A stretch of 64,000 nt of DNA from Candidatus Nanopelagicales bacterium (GTDB lineage Bacteria > Actinomycetota > Actinomycetes > S36-B12): the NCBI GenBank assembly GCA_030726915.1, contig JANRCR010000018.1:44814-108813 (forward strand), written 5' to 3'. The notes below the pieces were generated by a model. It ran no database searches and was not told the DNA's origin. It saw only the letters and a list, made by a program, of their open reading frames with translations. Below, piece after piece: positions 19,509 through 30,563 of the stretch. Positions within the stretch are counted from its first letter, which is position 1; every line of letters starts with the position of its first letter. The translations under genes were made by a program, and so were the position numbers.

Positions 19509-21731
19509 TCACGCGCCGGTCCCCTCATGACGCAGCCACAGGGTGGCCAGGGGGGGGAGCGTCACCTCGGCGCTGAAGGGATGTCCGTGGCAGGGAGAGG
19601 GATGCGCTGTCACCGCGCCGAGATTGCCCACTCCACTCCCGCCGAACTCCGTCGCATCCGTGTTGAGAATCTCGTCCCAGTGCCCACCGGCTGGCAGTCC
19701 GAGTCGGTAGCCGGTGCGGGCCAGTGGGGACATGTTGGACACGCTCACCGCGGGTCGATCGCGATCATCCCAACGGATCCAACTGAACACGTTGGCACCG
19801 GCATCGTTGGCGTCAATCCACTCAAATCCACCCGGGTCATCATCACGCTGCCACAGTGCGGGGGTTGCGCGGTAGACGCGATTCATCTGCTGCAGCGCCC
19901 GCTGAACGCCCAGGTGCTCATCGAACTGGAGTAGCCACCAGTCCAGGCCCTCATCCGCCGACCACTCGGTCGACTGCGCGAATTCAGACCCCATGAAGAG
20001 CACCTTGCGACCAGGGTGCGCCCACATGTAGCCAAAGTAGGCACGAAGATTGGCAAGTTGCTGCCAGCGGTCACCCGGCATGCGGGCCACCAGCGATCCC
20101 TTGCCGTGCACAACCTCGTCGTGGGAGATGGGCAGGACGAAGTGCTCGCTATAGGCGTACGCCATGGCGAACGTCATGTCGTTGTGATGGTACTGACGAT
20201 AAATCGCTTCGCGCTGCATGTATCCGAGGGAGTCATGCATCCAGCCCATGTTCCACTTCAGTCCGAAGCCAAGGCCACCGAGATAGGTGGGACGGGTGAC
20301 ACCCGGCCACGAGGTGGATTCCTCCGCGATGGTGACGACTCCGGGTACGCGCTTATAGACGGTGGCGTTCATTTCCTGGAGGAAGGCGACCGCGTCCAGA
20401 TTCTCTCGGCCGCCAAAAGCGTTGGGGGTCCACTGGCCCTGTTCCCGTGAGTAGTCGAGGTACAGCATTGAGGCGACCGCGTCCACTCTCAACCCATCGA
20501 CGTGGAACTCCTCGCACCAGTACACAGCGTTGGAGACGAGGAAGTTGCGCACCTCGATCCGTCCGAAGTCAAAGATGTACGTCCCCCAGTCGGGATGCTC
20601 TCCGCGCTGGGGGTCGGCATGTTCGTACAGCGGGGTGCCGTCAAACCGGGCCAGTGCCCAGGCGTCTTTGGGGAAGTGGGCCGGGACCCAATCGACGAGC
20701 ACGCCGATGCCGGCACGGTGGAGGTGATCGATGAGGTAGCGCAGGTCATCGGGTGAGCCAAAGCGGCTCGTTGGAGCAAAGTATGAGGTGACCTGGTAGC
20801 CCCACGAGCCACCGAAGGGATGCTCCGCGACGGGGAGGAACTCCACGTGGGTGAAGCCCTGGTCCACGGCGTACGCCGTCAGTTGTTCCGCCAACTGGCG
20901 ATAGTCCAGGCCGGGGCGCCAGGAGCCGAGATGGACCTCGTAGATGGACATGGGGCGTCGCAGCGGATCGGTGGCCTCCCGGTCGGCCATCCATGCGCCA
21001 TCGTCCCAGTCGTAGGTGCTGGTGTAGACAACCGAGCCGGTGGAGGGGGGCACCTCGGTTGCGAATGCCACAGGATCTGCCTTGTCTCTCCACACGCCGT
21101 CGCATCCGAGGATGGCGAACTTATAGACCGTCCCATCGCCTATGTCGGGAACGAAGAGTTCCCAGACCCCCGTGCGGCCCAGGCTCCGCATGGGATGCGC
21201 ACGCCCATCCCAGTGATTGAAGCTGCCCGTGACCCGCGCACCGAGGGCGCTGGGTGCCCACACGGCAAAGGACACCCCCGTGACGTCGCCGAAGGGACTG
21301 GGGTACGTGTGCACATGCGCGCCCAGCACCCGCCACAGTTCCTCATGGCGTCCCTCGCTGATGAGATGCAAATCAAGTTCGCCCAGGGTGGGGAGGAAGC
21401 GATAGGGGTCGTCCCCGGGGATGACCTCACCGGTGTAGGTCACATCCAGCCGGTAGTCGGGTACCGCGTCCGCGGCGAGGACGCCGACCCACACCCCCCG
21501 GTGCTCGTGGGTCAGGGGAAGGGTCACCGTGTCGGTGATGACCGTGACGTCGTCCGCGTGTGGCCGCAGGACCCGGATGGTCACACCCGATGCGCCGAGG
21601 TGGGGACCAAGGATGGTGTGGGGATCGGGGTGGGAGCCGTCGACGAGGTCATCAAGATCTGCGGAGGCAACCTTGACCGGCTTGATCGCCCTGGTGGATT
21701 TGGAGGACTTGCCCTGCGCCTTCGGGCTCAT
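19509..21731 (-). CDS. glgB: 1,4-alpha-glucan branching enzyme
   Basis: 740 aa. GH13 motifs [34 protein letters not shown] and SHDEVVHGK. Confidence 0.96.
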   Translation of the reverse strand: MSPKAQGKSSKSTRAIKPVKVASADLDDLVDGSHPDPHTILGPHLGASGVTIRVLRPHADDVTVITDTVTLPLTHEHRGVWVGVLAADAVPDYRLDVTYTGEVIPGDDPYRFLPTLGELDLHLISEGRHEELWRVLGAHVHTYPSPFGDVTGVSFAVWAPSALGARVTGSFNHWDGRAHPMRSLGRTGVWELFVPDIGDGTVYKFAILGCDGVWRDKADPVAFATEVPPSTGSVVYTSTYDWDDGAWMADREATDPLRRPMSIYEVHLGSWRPGLDYRQLAEQLTAYAVDQGFTHVEFLPVAEHPFGGSWGYQVTSYFAPTSRFGSPDDLRYLIDHLHRAGIGVLVDWVPAHFPKDAWALARFDGTPLYEHADPQRGEHPDWGTYIFDFGRIEVRNFLVSNAVYWCEEFHVDGLRVDAVASMLYLDYSREQGQWTPNAFGGRENLDAVAFLQEMNATVYKRVPGVVTIAEESTSWPGVTRPTYLGGLGFGLKWNMGWMHDSLGYMQREAIYRQYHHNDMTFAMAYAYSEHFVLPISHDEVVHGKGSLVARMPGDRWQQLANLRAYFGYMWAHPGRKVLFMGSEFAQSTEWSADEGLDWWLLQFDEHLGVQRALQQMNRVYRATPALWQRDDDPGGFEWIDANDAGANVFSWIRWDDRDRPAVSVSNMSPLARTGYRLGLPAGGHWDEILNTDATEFGGSGVGNLGAVTAHPSPCHGHPFSAEVTLPPLATLWLRHEGTGA

Positions 21732-21750
21732 GATCGAGGCACGTCACAAC

Positions 21751-23805
21751 TCATGCGCGCGTCACCTCAAAGATGTGGGCGACGGTGAAGGCGGGGTCCA
21801 GTCGGACGTAGGTGCTTTGACCCCAGGTGAAGGACTGCGATGTCACGTGGTCATAACCGTCGAGTCGGTCCTCGCGCTGCATCCCCAGGGCGGGCATGTC
21901 CCACCACACCATCGTCTCGCGTACGCGGTGGGGATCGAGTGTGCAGACCACGAGGGTGATGTCGTCCCCGACTCTTTTGGAGTAGGCGATGACAGCGTCG
22001 TCCTCCGTGCGATGGAAGAGCAGGCTCCGCAGGTCCTGGAGCGGGGGGAGATGGGATCGCGCCGCGTTCAGCATGCTGATGAAGGGCGCCAGGCTGAGCC
22101 CGGCCTCCTCCGCCGCCTGCCAGTCCCGGGGGCGCAGTTGATACTTCTCCGAGTCCAGGTAGTCCTCGCTGCCCTCGCGAACAGCAGTGCCCTCATAGAG
22201 TTCGAAGCCTGAGTAGACGCCCCAGGTGGGGGATAGCGTCGCGGCAAGAGTCGCTCGGATGGCGAACGCCGGTGGTCCACCGTGCTGAAGGTACGCCGAG
22301 AGGATGTCCGGTGTGTTGACGAAGACATTGGGTCGCATGTACGCCGCAGCCGAGGTGGCGAGTTCAGTGAAGTAGTCCTGCAGGCCCTCCTTGTCATTGC
22401 GCCAGGTGAAGTAGGTATAACTCTGCTGGAATCCCACCTCGGCCAGGGCCCGCATCATCGGCGGTCGAGTGAATGCCTCCGCAAGGAAAATGATGCCCGA
22501 CTCCTCGGTGGAAACATCCGAGATGAGCCGTTCCCAAACCCACAGTGGCTTGGTGTGCGGATTGTCGACGCGAAAGATCCGAACACCCAGGGATATCCAG
22601 TGACGAACGACGCGAAGGACCTCGGCGTACAGGCCCTCGGGATCGTTTTCGAAGTTGAGTGGATAGATGTCCTGGTACTTCTTCGGTGGATTCTCCGCGT
22701 AGGCGATAGATCCGTCTGCACGTCGGGTGAACCAGTCGGGATGTGCGCTGACCCAGGGATGATCCGGAGATGCCTGGAGCGCCAGATCGAGTGCGATCTC
22801 CATGCCCAACTCCCGGGTGCGGGCGATGAAAGCGACGAAGTCGGCTTGGCTGCCGAGTTCGGGATGGATGGCATCGTGGCCTCCATCCGCCGAGCCGATA
22901 GCCCATGGCGATCCCGGATCCCCCGCGAGCGGCTCCAGCGAATCGTTGCGGCCCTTGCGATGGGCGGCACCTATGGGATGAATGGGTGGCAGGTAGACAA
23001 CATCGAAGCCCATGGCTGCGATAGCCGGGAGTCTTTGTGCTGCTGTCGCGAACGTGCCCGACCGCAACGGGCGGCCCTGGGCGCCCTCACTGCGCGGGAA
23101 GAACTCATACCAAGACCCGACGAGTGCTCGACGCCGCTCAACCAGGAGTGGCCATGGGCCACAGGAGGTCACGTCCACCCGCAGCGGGTCTGTGGTCAAG
23201 GCGGCCTCGACGTCGGGATCAAACGCAGCAGCCAATCGCGCTTCGGGAGATAAAGCAGTGTCTCGGACGTTGCGGGATATTTCCAGCATGCGGGCGCTGG
23301 GACGGACCGCTGCGATCTCATCCAGGAGGAGTGCTCCCTCCTCCAACTCCAACGCGATATCCAATCCGGCGGGCACCTTGATGCCCGCGCGGTGTGCCCA
23401 GGTGCCCCAGCGGTCATCCCAGGCCTCAATGGTGAAACTCCACATCCCCTCGCCGTCCGGACGGACGTGCGTGCCCCACACATCGACGCCGCTGCTCAGG
23501 GGGGTCATGCGGTGGCGCGCACGCTCCTCACCCGTCGGGTCGTGCAGGACGAGGGTCACACCCAGTGCGTCGTGGCCCTCGCGGAAGGCGGTGGCGCGGA
23601 TCGGGACCTGCTCGTGGACGACAGCCTTGGCGGGGCGCCGACCCGACTCCACCGTCGGTGACACATCAGTGATCGCAAAGCGACCGGTCAAGACGGCAGG
23701 CACACTGCTCAGCCACGGCTCGGTCAGGTCAGCGGATGGATTCGGTCGGTCGAGGGGTTCCTTCGATGGGGCCGGGGGAGCCTTCTGCGATGCCCGTCCC
23801 GCCAT
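21751..23805 (-). CDS. glgE: Alpha-1,4-glucan:maltose-1-phosphate maltosyltransferase
   Basis: 684 aa. RFAITDVSPTVESGRRPAKAV N-terminal domain, IFRVDNPHTKP, and FLAEAFTRPPMM. Immediately upstream of glgB on the same strand. Confidence 0.93.
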   Translation of the reverse strand: MAGRASQKAPPAPSKEPLDRPNPSADLTEPWLSSVPAVLTGRFAITDVSPTVESGRRPAKAVVHEQVPIRATAFREGHDALGVTLVLHDPTGEERARHRMTPLSSGVDVWGTHVRPDGEGMWSFTIEAWDDRWGTWAHRAGIKVPAGLDIALELEEGALLLDEIAAVRPSARMLEISRNVRDTALSPEARLAAAFDPDVEAALTTDPLRVDVTSCGPWPLLVERRRALVGSWYEFFPRSEGAQGRPLRSGTFATAAQRLPAIAAMGFDVVYLPPIHPIGAAHRKGRNDSLEPLAGDPGSPWAIGSADGGHDAIHPELGSQADFVAFIARTRELGMEIALDLALQASPDHPWVSAHPDWFTRRADGSIAYAENPPKKYQDIYPLNFENDPEGLYAEVLRVVRHWISLGVRIFRVDNPHTKPLWVWERLISDVSTEESGIIFLAEAFTRPPMMRALAEVGFQQSYTYFTWRNDKEGLQDYFTELATSAAAYMRPNVFVNTPDILSAYLQHGGPPAFAIRATLAATLSPTWGVYSGFELYEGTAVREGSEDYLDSEKYQLRPRDWQAAEEAGLSLAPFISMLNAARSHLPPLQDLRSLLFHRTEDDAVIAYSKRVGDDITLVVCTLDPHRVRETMVWWDMPALGMQREDRLDGYDHVTSQSFTWGQSTYVRLDPAFTVAHIFEVTRA

Positions 23806-23965
23806 GGAACCAGCCTACTGGCGCCACCCGTCCCGTGACCCCAGCATCGGAAATCACCGGAAGCGGCCTGCAATTGCCGGGGTGGGTTGCAGTGTCCCCT
23901 GAGGTTTTCCGTGACGAGCCGTAAGGATCGTGTGCCCGCGGCCGCTCGTGCGATGACCCGCTAGC

Positions 23966-26575
23966 GTGGCGGCCGTGAAGGCCATTCGCAGGTTCACTGT
24001 CCGCACGGTCGTTCCCCCGGCCCTTGAGCCGCTGGAGGAACTCGCTACCAACCTGCGCTGGGTGTGGCATCCGGAGACCCGTGATGTCTTCAGGTCCATT
24101 GATCCGGACGTCTGGTCGCGGGTGGGGGATGATCCGGTGCGCCTCCTCGGAGAGGTATCGACGCAGCGATTGGACCAACTCGCGGAGGATCCTGGCTTTG
24201 TTGACTGGGTGCAGCGCACCCGCGACGACCTGCGTGCGTATCGCCATCGCGAGGCGTGGTTCCAGCACCAGCCGGATGACCGGCCGGCATCCATCGCCTA
24301 TTTTTCTCCCGAGTTCGGAGTTGCGGCAGCGCTGCCACAGTATTCAGGTGGGTTGGGAATCCTGGCCGGGGACCATCTCAAGGCGGCGTCGGATCTGGGC
24401 GTGCCGATCGTCGGCGTGGGACTGTTCTACCGTTCGGGCTACTTCCGGCAGACACTTTCGGCCGAGGGGTGGCAGACCGAGACCTACCCCGTCATTGATC
24501 CAGACGGGCTTCCCGTGTCGCTCTTGCGCGATGGGTCGGGGGCCCCGGTGCTCATCCGGGTCGGGTTGCCGGGGGGCCGACAGTTGCGGGCCCACGTGTG
24601 GGTGGCCCATGTGGGCCGAGTCGACCTCCTCCTTTTGGATTCCGACGTCGAGGAGAATGATCCCGTCGAACGGGAGGTTACTGATCGACTCTACGGCGGC
24701 GGTAGTGAAAATCGACTGGCGCAGGAGGTGCTTCTCGGCATCGGCGGCGTGCGCGCGATCCGCGCGTACTGCGACCTCACCGGCATGCCCGCGCCGGAGG
24801 TCTTCCACTCCAACGAAGGACATGCCGGTTTCCTTGGCATCGAGCGGATACGCGAGCTGGTCGTGGCGGGACTGGACTTCGATGCTGCGCTTGAGGTCGT
24901 CCGTGCGGGCACGGTGTTCACAACCCACACGCCGGTGCCGGCCGGGATTGATCGCTTCCCGCGGGAGTTGATTGAGCGGTTTTTTGGCGGTGACAATGCC
25001 GAGCCGGGCATGCCGGTGGAGCGGATTGTGGACCTGGGCGCGGAATCCTTCGACGGGGGAGACCCCAGTGTCTTCAACATGGCGGTCATGGGGCTGCGTC
25101 TATCGCAGCGCGCAAACGGTGTCAGCCTGCTGCACGGCGCCGTCAGCCGAGGGATGTTTGCCGGCCTGTGGCCAGGATTCGATGCCGACGAGGTCCTCAT
25201 CACCTCCATTACGAACGGCGTCCATGCCCCCACCTGGGTGGCGCGGGAAGTTCGTGATCTGGCGGTCCGTGAGCTGGGAGCTGAATTCGACGATGAAACT
25301 CAGGGGTGGGAGGCCATGGGGCGCATCAGCGATGAAGCAATCTGGCCGGTGAAGCGCCTCCTGCGCGAGCATCTCGTCGCCGATGCACGCGAACGTTTGC
25401 GAGCATCGTGGCGCGTGCGAGGAGCTGCGGACGCCGAGTTGGGGTGGATTGACAATGTCCTTGATCCGGATGTGCTCACGATCGGTTTTGCCCGCCGAGT
25501 CCCGTCGTACAAGCGACTGACGCTGATGCTGCGCGACACGGATCGACTGCGCGAGTTGTTGCTGCATCCGGAGCGCCCCATCCAAATCGTCATCGCCGGC
25601 AAGGCCCACCCGGCTGATGACGGTGGCAAGCGCCTCATTCAAGAACTCGTGCGCTTCTCAGATGATCCACAGGTGCGTCATCGCATTGTCTTCCTTCCCG
25701 ACTACGACATCGCCATGGCGACGACCCTGTATCCGGGCTGTGACGTATGGCTCAACAATCCCATTCGTCCCCTCGAGGCCAGTGGTACGTCGGGCATGAA
25801 AGCAGCTCTCAATGGAGCCCTCAATCTGTCGATCCTGGATGGCTGGTGGGATGAGTGGTACGACGGGGAGAATGGATGGGCCATCCCGTCAGCGGATGCC
25901 ATCGATGATCCCGACCGGCGAGACGACATCGAAGCAAACGCGCTGTACGACCTCATGGAGACCGACGTTGCTCCCACCTTCTATCAGCGAGGCGACGACG
26001 GTTTACCCCATCGCTGGATCGAACGCGTCCGTCACACCCTTCAGACATTGGGACCCAAGGTCCTTGCCAGCCGCATGGTCAGTGAATACGTCACACGGCT
26101 GTACACGCCTGCCGCGATAGCCTCGCGCACATTCGTGCGGGATGACTACGCGCTCGGTCGCGACCTAGCGGAGTGGAAGGCACGGGTCCGCGGCGGTTGG
26201 AGCGGTGTGTGCGTCGAGCATGTTGAGGCGTCAGGGATTGGCGACATGCCAGCGCTGGGAGCTCCCCTCCATGTCCGCGCGTACGTCCGGCTCGGGGACC
26301 TTCGGCCCGAAGACGTCCTGGTGCAGGTCGTCTTCGGTCGCGTGGATGAGCAGGACCTCCTGGTTGCACCCAACACCGTTGATTTGCGATCGGAGGAGTC
26401 CCAGGACGACATTCGGTGGCTCTTCGTCGGGGATGTGTGCCTGGAGCGGACGGGTCCCTTTGGCTACACCGTGAGGGTCCTTCCCCGCCACGAAGGGCTG
26501 GTATCGCCCGTAGAGATGGGGCTGCTTGTCGTGCCTGCGCTCCCGGCGGAGCCGGCCGCCGTCGCCCTGCGATGA
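23966..26575 (+). CDS. glgP: Alpha-glucan (glycogen/maltodextrin) phosphorylase, GT35
   Basis: 869 aa. IAYFSPEFG...LPQYSGGLGILAGDHLKAASDLG and the PLP-lysine block EASGTSGMKAALNGALNLS. Confidence 0.93.
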   Translation: MAAVKAIRRFTVRTVVPPALEPLEELATNLRWVWHPETRDVFRSIDPDVWSRVGDDPVRLLGEVSTQRLDQLAEDPGFVDWVQRTRDDLRAYRHREAWFQHQPDDRPASIAYFSPEFGVAAALPQYSGGLGILAGDHLKAASDLGVPIVGVGLFYRSGYFRQTLSAEGWQTETYPVIDPDGLPVSLLRDGSGAPVLIRVGLPGGRQLRAHVWVAHVGRVDLLLLDSDVEENDPVEREVTDRLYGGGSENRLAQEVLLGIGGVRAIRAYCDLTGMPAPEVFHSNEGHAGFLGIERIRELVVAGLDFDAALEVVRAGTVFTTHTPVPAGIDRFPRELIERFFGGDNAEPGMPVERIVDLGAESFDGGDPSVFNMAVMGLRLSQRANGVSLLHGAVSRGMFAGLWPGFDADEVLITSITNGVHAPTWVAREVRDLAVRELGAEFDDETQGWEAMGRISDEAIWPVKRLLREHLVADARERLRASWRVRGAADAELGWIDNVLDPDVLTIGFARRVPSYKRLTLMLRDTDRLRELLLHPERPIQIVIAGKAHPADDGGKRLIQELVRFSDDPQVRHRIVFLPDYDIAMATTLYPGCDVWLNNPIRPLEASGTSGMKAALNGALNLSILDGWWDEWYDGENGWAIPSADAIDDPDRRDDIEANALYDLMETDVAPTFYQRGDDGLPHRWIERVRHTLQTLGPKVLASRMVSEYVTRLYTPAAIASRTFVRDDYALGRDLAEWKARVRGGWSGVCVEHVEASGIGDMPALGAPLHVRAYVRLGDLRPEDVLVQVVFGRVDEQDLLVAPNTVDLRSEESQDDIRWLFVGDVCLERTGPFGYTVRVLPRHEGLVSPVEMGLLVVPALPAEPAAVALR

Positions 26576-26578
26576 CGC

Positions 26579-28675
26579 CTAGGACGCCACGCGCAGCAGC
26601 ACGCACGATCGAGGGGTAAGTCGCACGGTCGCGCCGGAGGACAGACGATCTGCCGGTCGAGGTGTCCCCGTGTCAAAGACCACCTCATAGGACGATCCAA
26701 AAGGTTCACCCGGCAACACGAAGTCGTACTCGTCATCGGACGCGTGCACCAGGAAGAGGAAGGAATCGTCCGTCGGTGCCAGGAGGTCTCCGGGCACGTG
26801 ATGGCCCTCCCCGGACAGGTACATGCCCAATGTTTGTGTCCAGGGGGCGTTCCACTCCTCGTTGGTCAGTGGGTTGCCATCCGGGCCGATCCAGCCCAAG
26901 TCGGGGGCTCCTCCATCGCGCACCGGGCGGCCATCAAAGAAAAAGCGCTGACGAAAGACCCAGTGGTCTCGGCGCAGGGTGACCACCATGCGGGCGAAAT
27001 CCAACATCTGCGACTGCCACGGATCCCAGTCCCAGTCGAACCATGAGGTGTCGTTGTCCTGACAGTAGGCGTTGTTGTTACCTCCCTGCGTGCGACCGAA
27101 TTCGTCACCGCCGAGAATCATCGGCACACCCGTGGAGAGCAGGAGCGTGGCGAACATGTTCCGGATTTGCCGCTGACGTGTCTCGGTGATGACGGGATCA
27201 TCCGTCTCGCCCTCATGGCCGTAGTTCGCCGATCGATTGTCATCGGTGCCGTCGCGGTTGTCCTCGAGATTCGCCTCGTTGTGCTTGTGGTCGTATGTCG
27301 TGAGGTCGCGCATGGGGAAGCCATCATGGGCGGTAATGAAGTTGATCGAGGAGTAGGGGCGACGTCCCTCGCCTCCATAGAGATCAGCCGAGCCCGACAG
27401 TCGCCATCCCAGTTCACCCACGCCGGCAGAGCCACGCCAAAAGTCCCTGATGTTGTCGCGGTAGCGACCGTTCCACTCCGCCCACAGCATGGGGAACTCC
27501 CCGACCTGGTAGCCCCCCGGCCCGACGTCCCAGGGTTCAGCGATGAGTTTGACGCGCCGCAGGATCGGATCCTGCTGGATCGTCGTCATGAAGGTGCCCA
27601 GCATGTCCACGTCGTGGAAGGAACGCGCCAGTGCGGAGGCGAGATCGAAGCGGAAGCCATCCACGTGCATCTCGGTCACCCAATAGCGCAGTGAATCCAT
27701 CACCATCTGCAGGACGTGTGGGTTGGAGACATCAAGTGTGTTGCCGCACCCGGTGTAGTCCATGTAGTGACGACCGTCGCTCAGGCGGTAGTAGCCCGGA
27801 TTGCATATGCCGCGAAAGGACAGTGTCGGGCCCAGCTCATTGCCTTCGGCCGTATGGTTGTAGACAACATCAAGGATGACTTCGAGCCCGGCGGAGTGCA
27901 GGGTTCGGACCATTTCCTTGAATTCGCGCACCTGCTCTCCACGGGAGCCGCTGGCGGAATAATGCGCGTGGGGCGCGAAGAATCCCAGTGTGTTGTAGCC
28001 CCAGTAGTTGGTGAGTCCTAACTCCAGCAGATGAGGTTCGTTGACGAAATGGTGCGTGGGCAGGAGTTCTACGGAGGTGACACCGAGGGATAGGAGGTGG
28101 TCGATGATGGCCGGGTGCGCCAGTCCGGCGTAGGTGCCGCGGATGTTCTCGGGGACCTGCGGATGCCGCATCGAGATACCGCGCACGTGCGTCTCATAGA
28201 TCACCGTGTCGGTCCAGGGTGTCTGCGGGGGACGGTCGTCGTACCAATCGAAGGACGTCGTCACGGCAATACTTCGCGGGACGAACGGCGCTGAATCCGC
28301 GTCGTTGCGCATGAGATCGTCGCTTCCCACATGTGCGAACACCGCGGGGTCCAGGCGGAAGTCGCCGTCCAGTGCCCGGGCATACGGATCCATGAGAAGT
28401 TTGTGCGGGTTCCAGCGAGCGCCCTGTGATGGCTCCCACGGCCCGTCAACCCGGAAGCCGTATGCGGCGCCCGAGGAGATACCCCCGATATGGCCGTGGA
28501 AAATGCCAAAGGTCTGCTCCGGTAGCCGAATGACACGTTCGCGACCAGCCTCGTCGAACAGGCACAGGTCGACGTGGGTGGCGCCCGGAGCCCAGAGGGC
28601 GACATTGGCGCCGGTGGCGTCCAGGGTCAGCCCGAGTGGATCCCAGGACCCTGCTCCATCGATCATGGGCTCCAT
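26579..28675 (-). CDS. glgX: Glycogen debranching enzyme
   Basis: 698 aa. GH13 motifs DVVYNHT, VDGFRFDLASAL, LIAEPWD and FITAHDGF. Confidence 0.95.
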   Translation of the reverse strand: MEPMIDGAGSWDPLGLTLDATGANVALWAPGATHVDLCLFDEAGRERVIRLPEQTFGIFHGHIGGISSGAAYGFRVDGPWEPSQGARWNPHKLLMDPYARALDGDFRLDPAVFAHVGSDDLMRNDADSAPFVPRSIAVTTSFDWYDDRPPQTPWTDTVIYETHVRGISMRHPQVPENIRGTYAGLAHPAIIDHLLSLGVTSVELLPTHHFVNEPHLLELGLTNYWGYNTLGFFAPHAHYSASGSRGEQVREFKEMVRTLHSAGLEVILDVVYNHTAEGNELGPTLSFRGICNPGYYRLSDGRHYMDYTGCGNTLDVSNPHVLQMVMDSLRYWVTEMHVDGFRFDLASALARSFHDVDMLGTFMTTIQQDPILRRVKLIAEPWDVGPGGYQVGEFPMLWAEWNGRYRDNIRDFWRGSAGVGELGWRLSGSADLYGGEGRRPYSSINFITAHDGFPMRDLTTYDHKHNEANLEDNRDGTDDNRSANYGHEGETDDPVITETRQRQIRNMFATLLLSTGVPMILGGDEFGRTQGGNNNAYCQDNDTSWFDWDWDPWQSQMLDFARMVVTLRRDHWVFRQRFFFDGRPVRDGGAPDLGWIGPDGNPLTNEEWNAPWTQTLGMYLSGEGHHVPGDLLAPTDDSFLFLVHASDDEYDFVLPGEPFGSSYEVVFDTGTPRPADRLSSGATVRLTPRSCVLLRVAS

Positions 28676-28830
28676 GCATCCCTCAGGTTCTGCTCGCGGC
28701 GAATCCCATCTACGCTACTAGGCTGGTGGTGCAAAGCGCCCGAGGCGCGGCGAGCGGAGGTTCCTGCGTCGTGGCACGGGAGTCTGCAACCGGCCCACGG
28801 AATGCAGCAGGACTGACGTGAGGAGTGGAC

Positions 28831-29610
28831 ATGACGCACCTGGTCACCGTCGATGTGACCGATGGTGTGGCGACCGTACGTTTTGACCGCCCCCCTATGA
28901 ATGCACTCTCGGTCGAGGTGCAGGAGGGCCTTCGCGATGCGGCTCGTGACGTCGCTCGTCGGCGCGATGTAGGAGCCGTCATTGTCTACGGTGGCCCCAA
29001 AGTTTTTGCCGCCGGAGCCGATGTCAAGGAGATGGCGGATTGGACCCTGTCCGAGGCATTGGAACGCACCCGAGGCCTCCAGGACGCCTTCACCGCGATT
29101 GAGCAGATCCCGCAACCCACGATCGCCGCCGTCACAGGCTTCGCACTCGGCGGCGGATGCGAGCTAGCGCTGTGCTGCGACTTCCGCGTGGCCGGAGACA
29201 ACGCCAAGTTTGGCCAACCCGAGATTTTGTTGGGCATCATCCCCGGCGCCGGTGGCACCCAGCGACTTCCACGGCTGGTCGGCCCGGCACGCGCCAAGGA
29301 CCTCATTTTTTCCGGGCGTTTCGTGGGGGCGGAGGAGGCCCTGTCGATCGGGCTGGTTGATCGCGTGGTGCCTCCGGATGACGTGTACGCCACGGCTGCG
29401 GCCTGGGCTTCTGAGTTTGCTCGTGGACCGCGCCTGGCACTGCACGCCGCCAAGGCGGCAATCTCTCGAGGCCTAGAGACGGATATCCAATCGGGATTGG
29501 AAATTGAGCGTGTTCACTTCGCTGGTCTCTTTGGCACTGAGGATCGACGGATTGGCATGTCGTCCTTCATGGACAACGGCCCGGGACAAGCGGAGTTCAC
29601 CGGATCATGA
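28831..29610 (+). CDS. Enoyl-CoA hydratase/isomerase family protein (echA17 position)
   Basis: Crotonase motifs FAAGADVKEM and GFALGGGCELALCCDFRVA. GAGGAG at 28820-28825 sits 5 nt upstream of ATG 28831, so that start is preferred over GTG 28825. Confidence 0.9.
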   Translation: MTHLVTVDVTDGVATVRFDRPPMNALSVEVQEGLRDAARDVARRRDVGAVIVYGGPKVFAAGADVKEMADWTLSEALERTRGLQDAFTAIEQIPQPTIAAVTGFALGGGCELALCCDFRVAGDNAKFGQPEILLGIIPGAGGTQRLPRLVGPARAKDLIFSGRFVGAEEALSIGLVDRVVPPDDVYATAAAWASEFARGPRLALHAAKAAISRGLETDIQSGLEIERVHFAGLFGTEDRRIGMSSFMDNGPGQAEFTGS

Positions 29611-30533
29611 ATGACCCGCGCATGGAGCAGGCCTGGCACGACCCCAAACTGGCCAACGTGATTTATCACGACTGGGAAGCCTCCACGTACGATGACAAGT
29701 GGAGCATCTCCTATGACGAGAGATGCATTGACTACGCGCGGGATCGCTACGTGCACGTCGCAGGGGACTCAGGATGGCCGTGCGGTCGGGTCCTTGAAGT
29801 GGGTGCTGGCACGGGGTTCTTCGTCCTCAACCTCATGCAGGCAGGGCTTGCGACATCGGCTGTGGTCACCGACATCAGCCCGGGCATGGTGGAGGTCGCC
29901 GTCCGCAACGGCAAGGAACTCGGCCTGGACGTGACGGGACAGGTCGCCGATGCGGAGGCGCTGCCTTTTGACGATGAGAGTTTCGATGTGGTCATCGGCC
30001 ATGCTGTGCTCCATCACATCCCCGATGTGGAGTTGGCCATCCGCGAGTTCCTCCGCGTGCTGCGCCCCGGAGGTCGCTTCGTGTTTTGCGGTGAGCCGAC
30101 ACAGCGGGGCGATGTCATCGCACGCCGCTTGTCCCGGCTCACCTGGTGGGCGGCTTCGCAGGCCACGCAGTGGCCGGGCTTGCGCGATCGTTTTGGCCGG
30201 CCCGCGGAGGAGTTGACTCAATCCTCAGAGGAGGCCTACCTCGAAGCAGTCGTGGACCTGCACACCTTCGATCCGGACGCGCTGGCCCGGATGGCGCTGC
30301 GAGCTGGCGCCATCGATGTGAAGACCGTCACGGAGGAGCTCACCGCCTCCTGGTTCGGCTGGCCTGTGCGCACCCTCGAGGCCGCTGTGCGACCGGGATC
30401 CCTCGGGTGGGGCTGGGCGACGTTCGCCTATCGCACCTGGCAGCAGCTGGCAGCCCTGGATGAGCGTGTGCTCGCCCGGGTGGTCCCGGACGAACTCTTT
30501 TACAACGTCAGCGTGACCGGGGTGCGGCCTTGA
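29607..30533 (+). CDS. Class I SAM-dependent methyltransferase (Rv3038c-like position)
   Basis: 308 aa. Motif I VLEVGAGTGFF and post-I VTDISPGMV. ATGA overlap with the enoyl-CoA hydratase stop. Confidence 0.85.
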   Translation: MNDPRMEQAWHDPKLANVIYHDWEASTYDDKWSISYDERCIDYARDRYVHVAGDSGWPCGRVLEVGAGTGFFVLNLMQAGLATSAVVTDISPGMVEVAVRNGKELGLDVTGQVADAEALPFDDESFDVVIGHAVLHHIPDVELAIREFLRVLRPGGRFVFCGEPTQRGDVIARRLSRLTWWAASQATQWPGLRDRFGRPAEELTQSSEEAYLEAVVDLHTFDPDALARMALRAGAIDVKTVTEELTASWFGWPVRTLEAAVRPGSLGWGWATFAYRTWQQLAALDERVLARVVPDELFYNVSVTGVRP

Positions 30534-30563
30534 ACCTCCTCCGCCACCGGAGGGTGCAGGCCG

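Noticed and set aside
18786-19934. 382-aa plus-strand ORF running from the Trx-TPR gene into glgB antisense
   Set aside because: It is out of frame with the thioredoxin gene and antisense to glgB. Its Arg/Ser/Pro-rich translation has no domain signature.
23868-23892. Inverted repeat CTGCAA-N13-TTGCAG in the glgE/glgP divergent intergenic region as a possible operator
   Set aside because: It has only 6 bp per arm, which is easily chance in 160 nt. I cannot link it to a known regulator motif.
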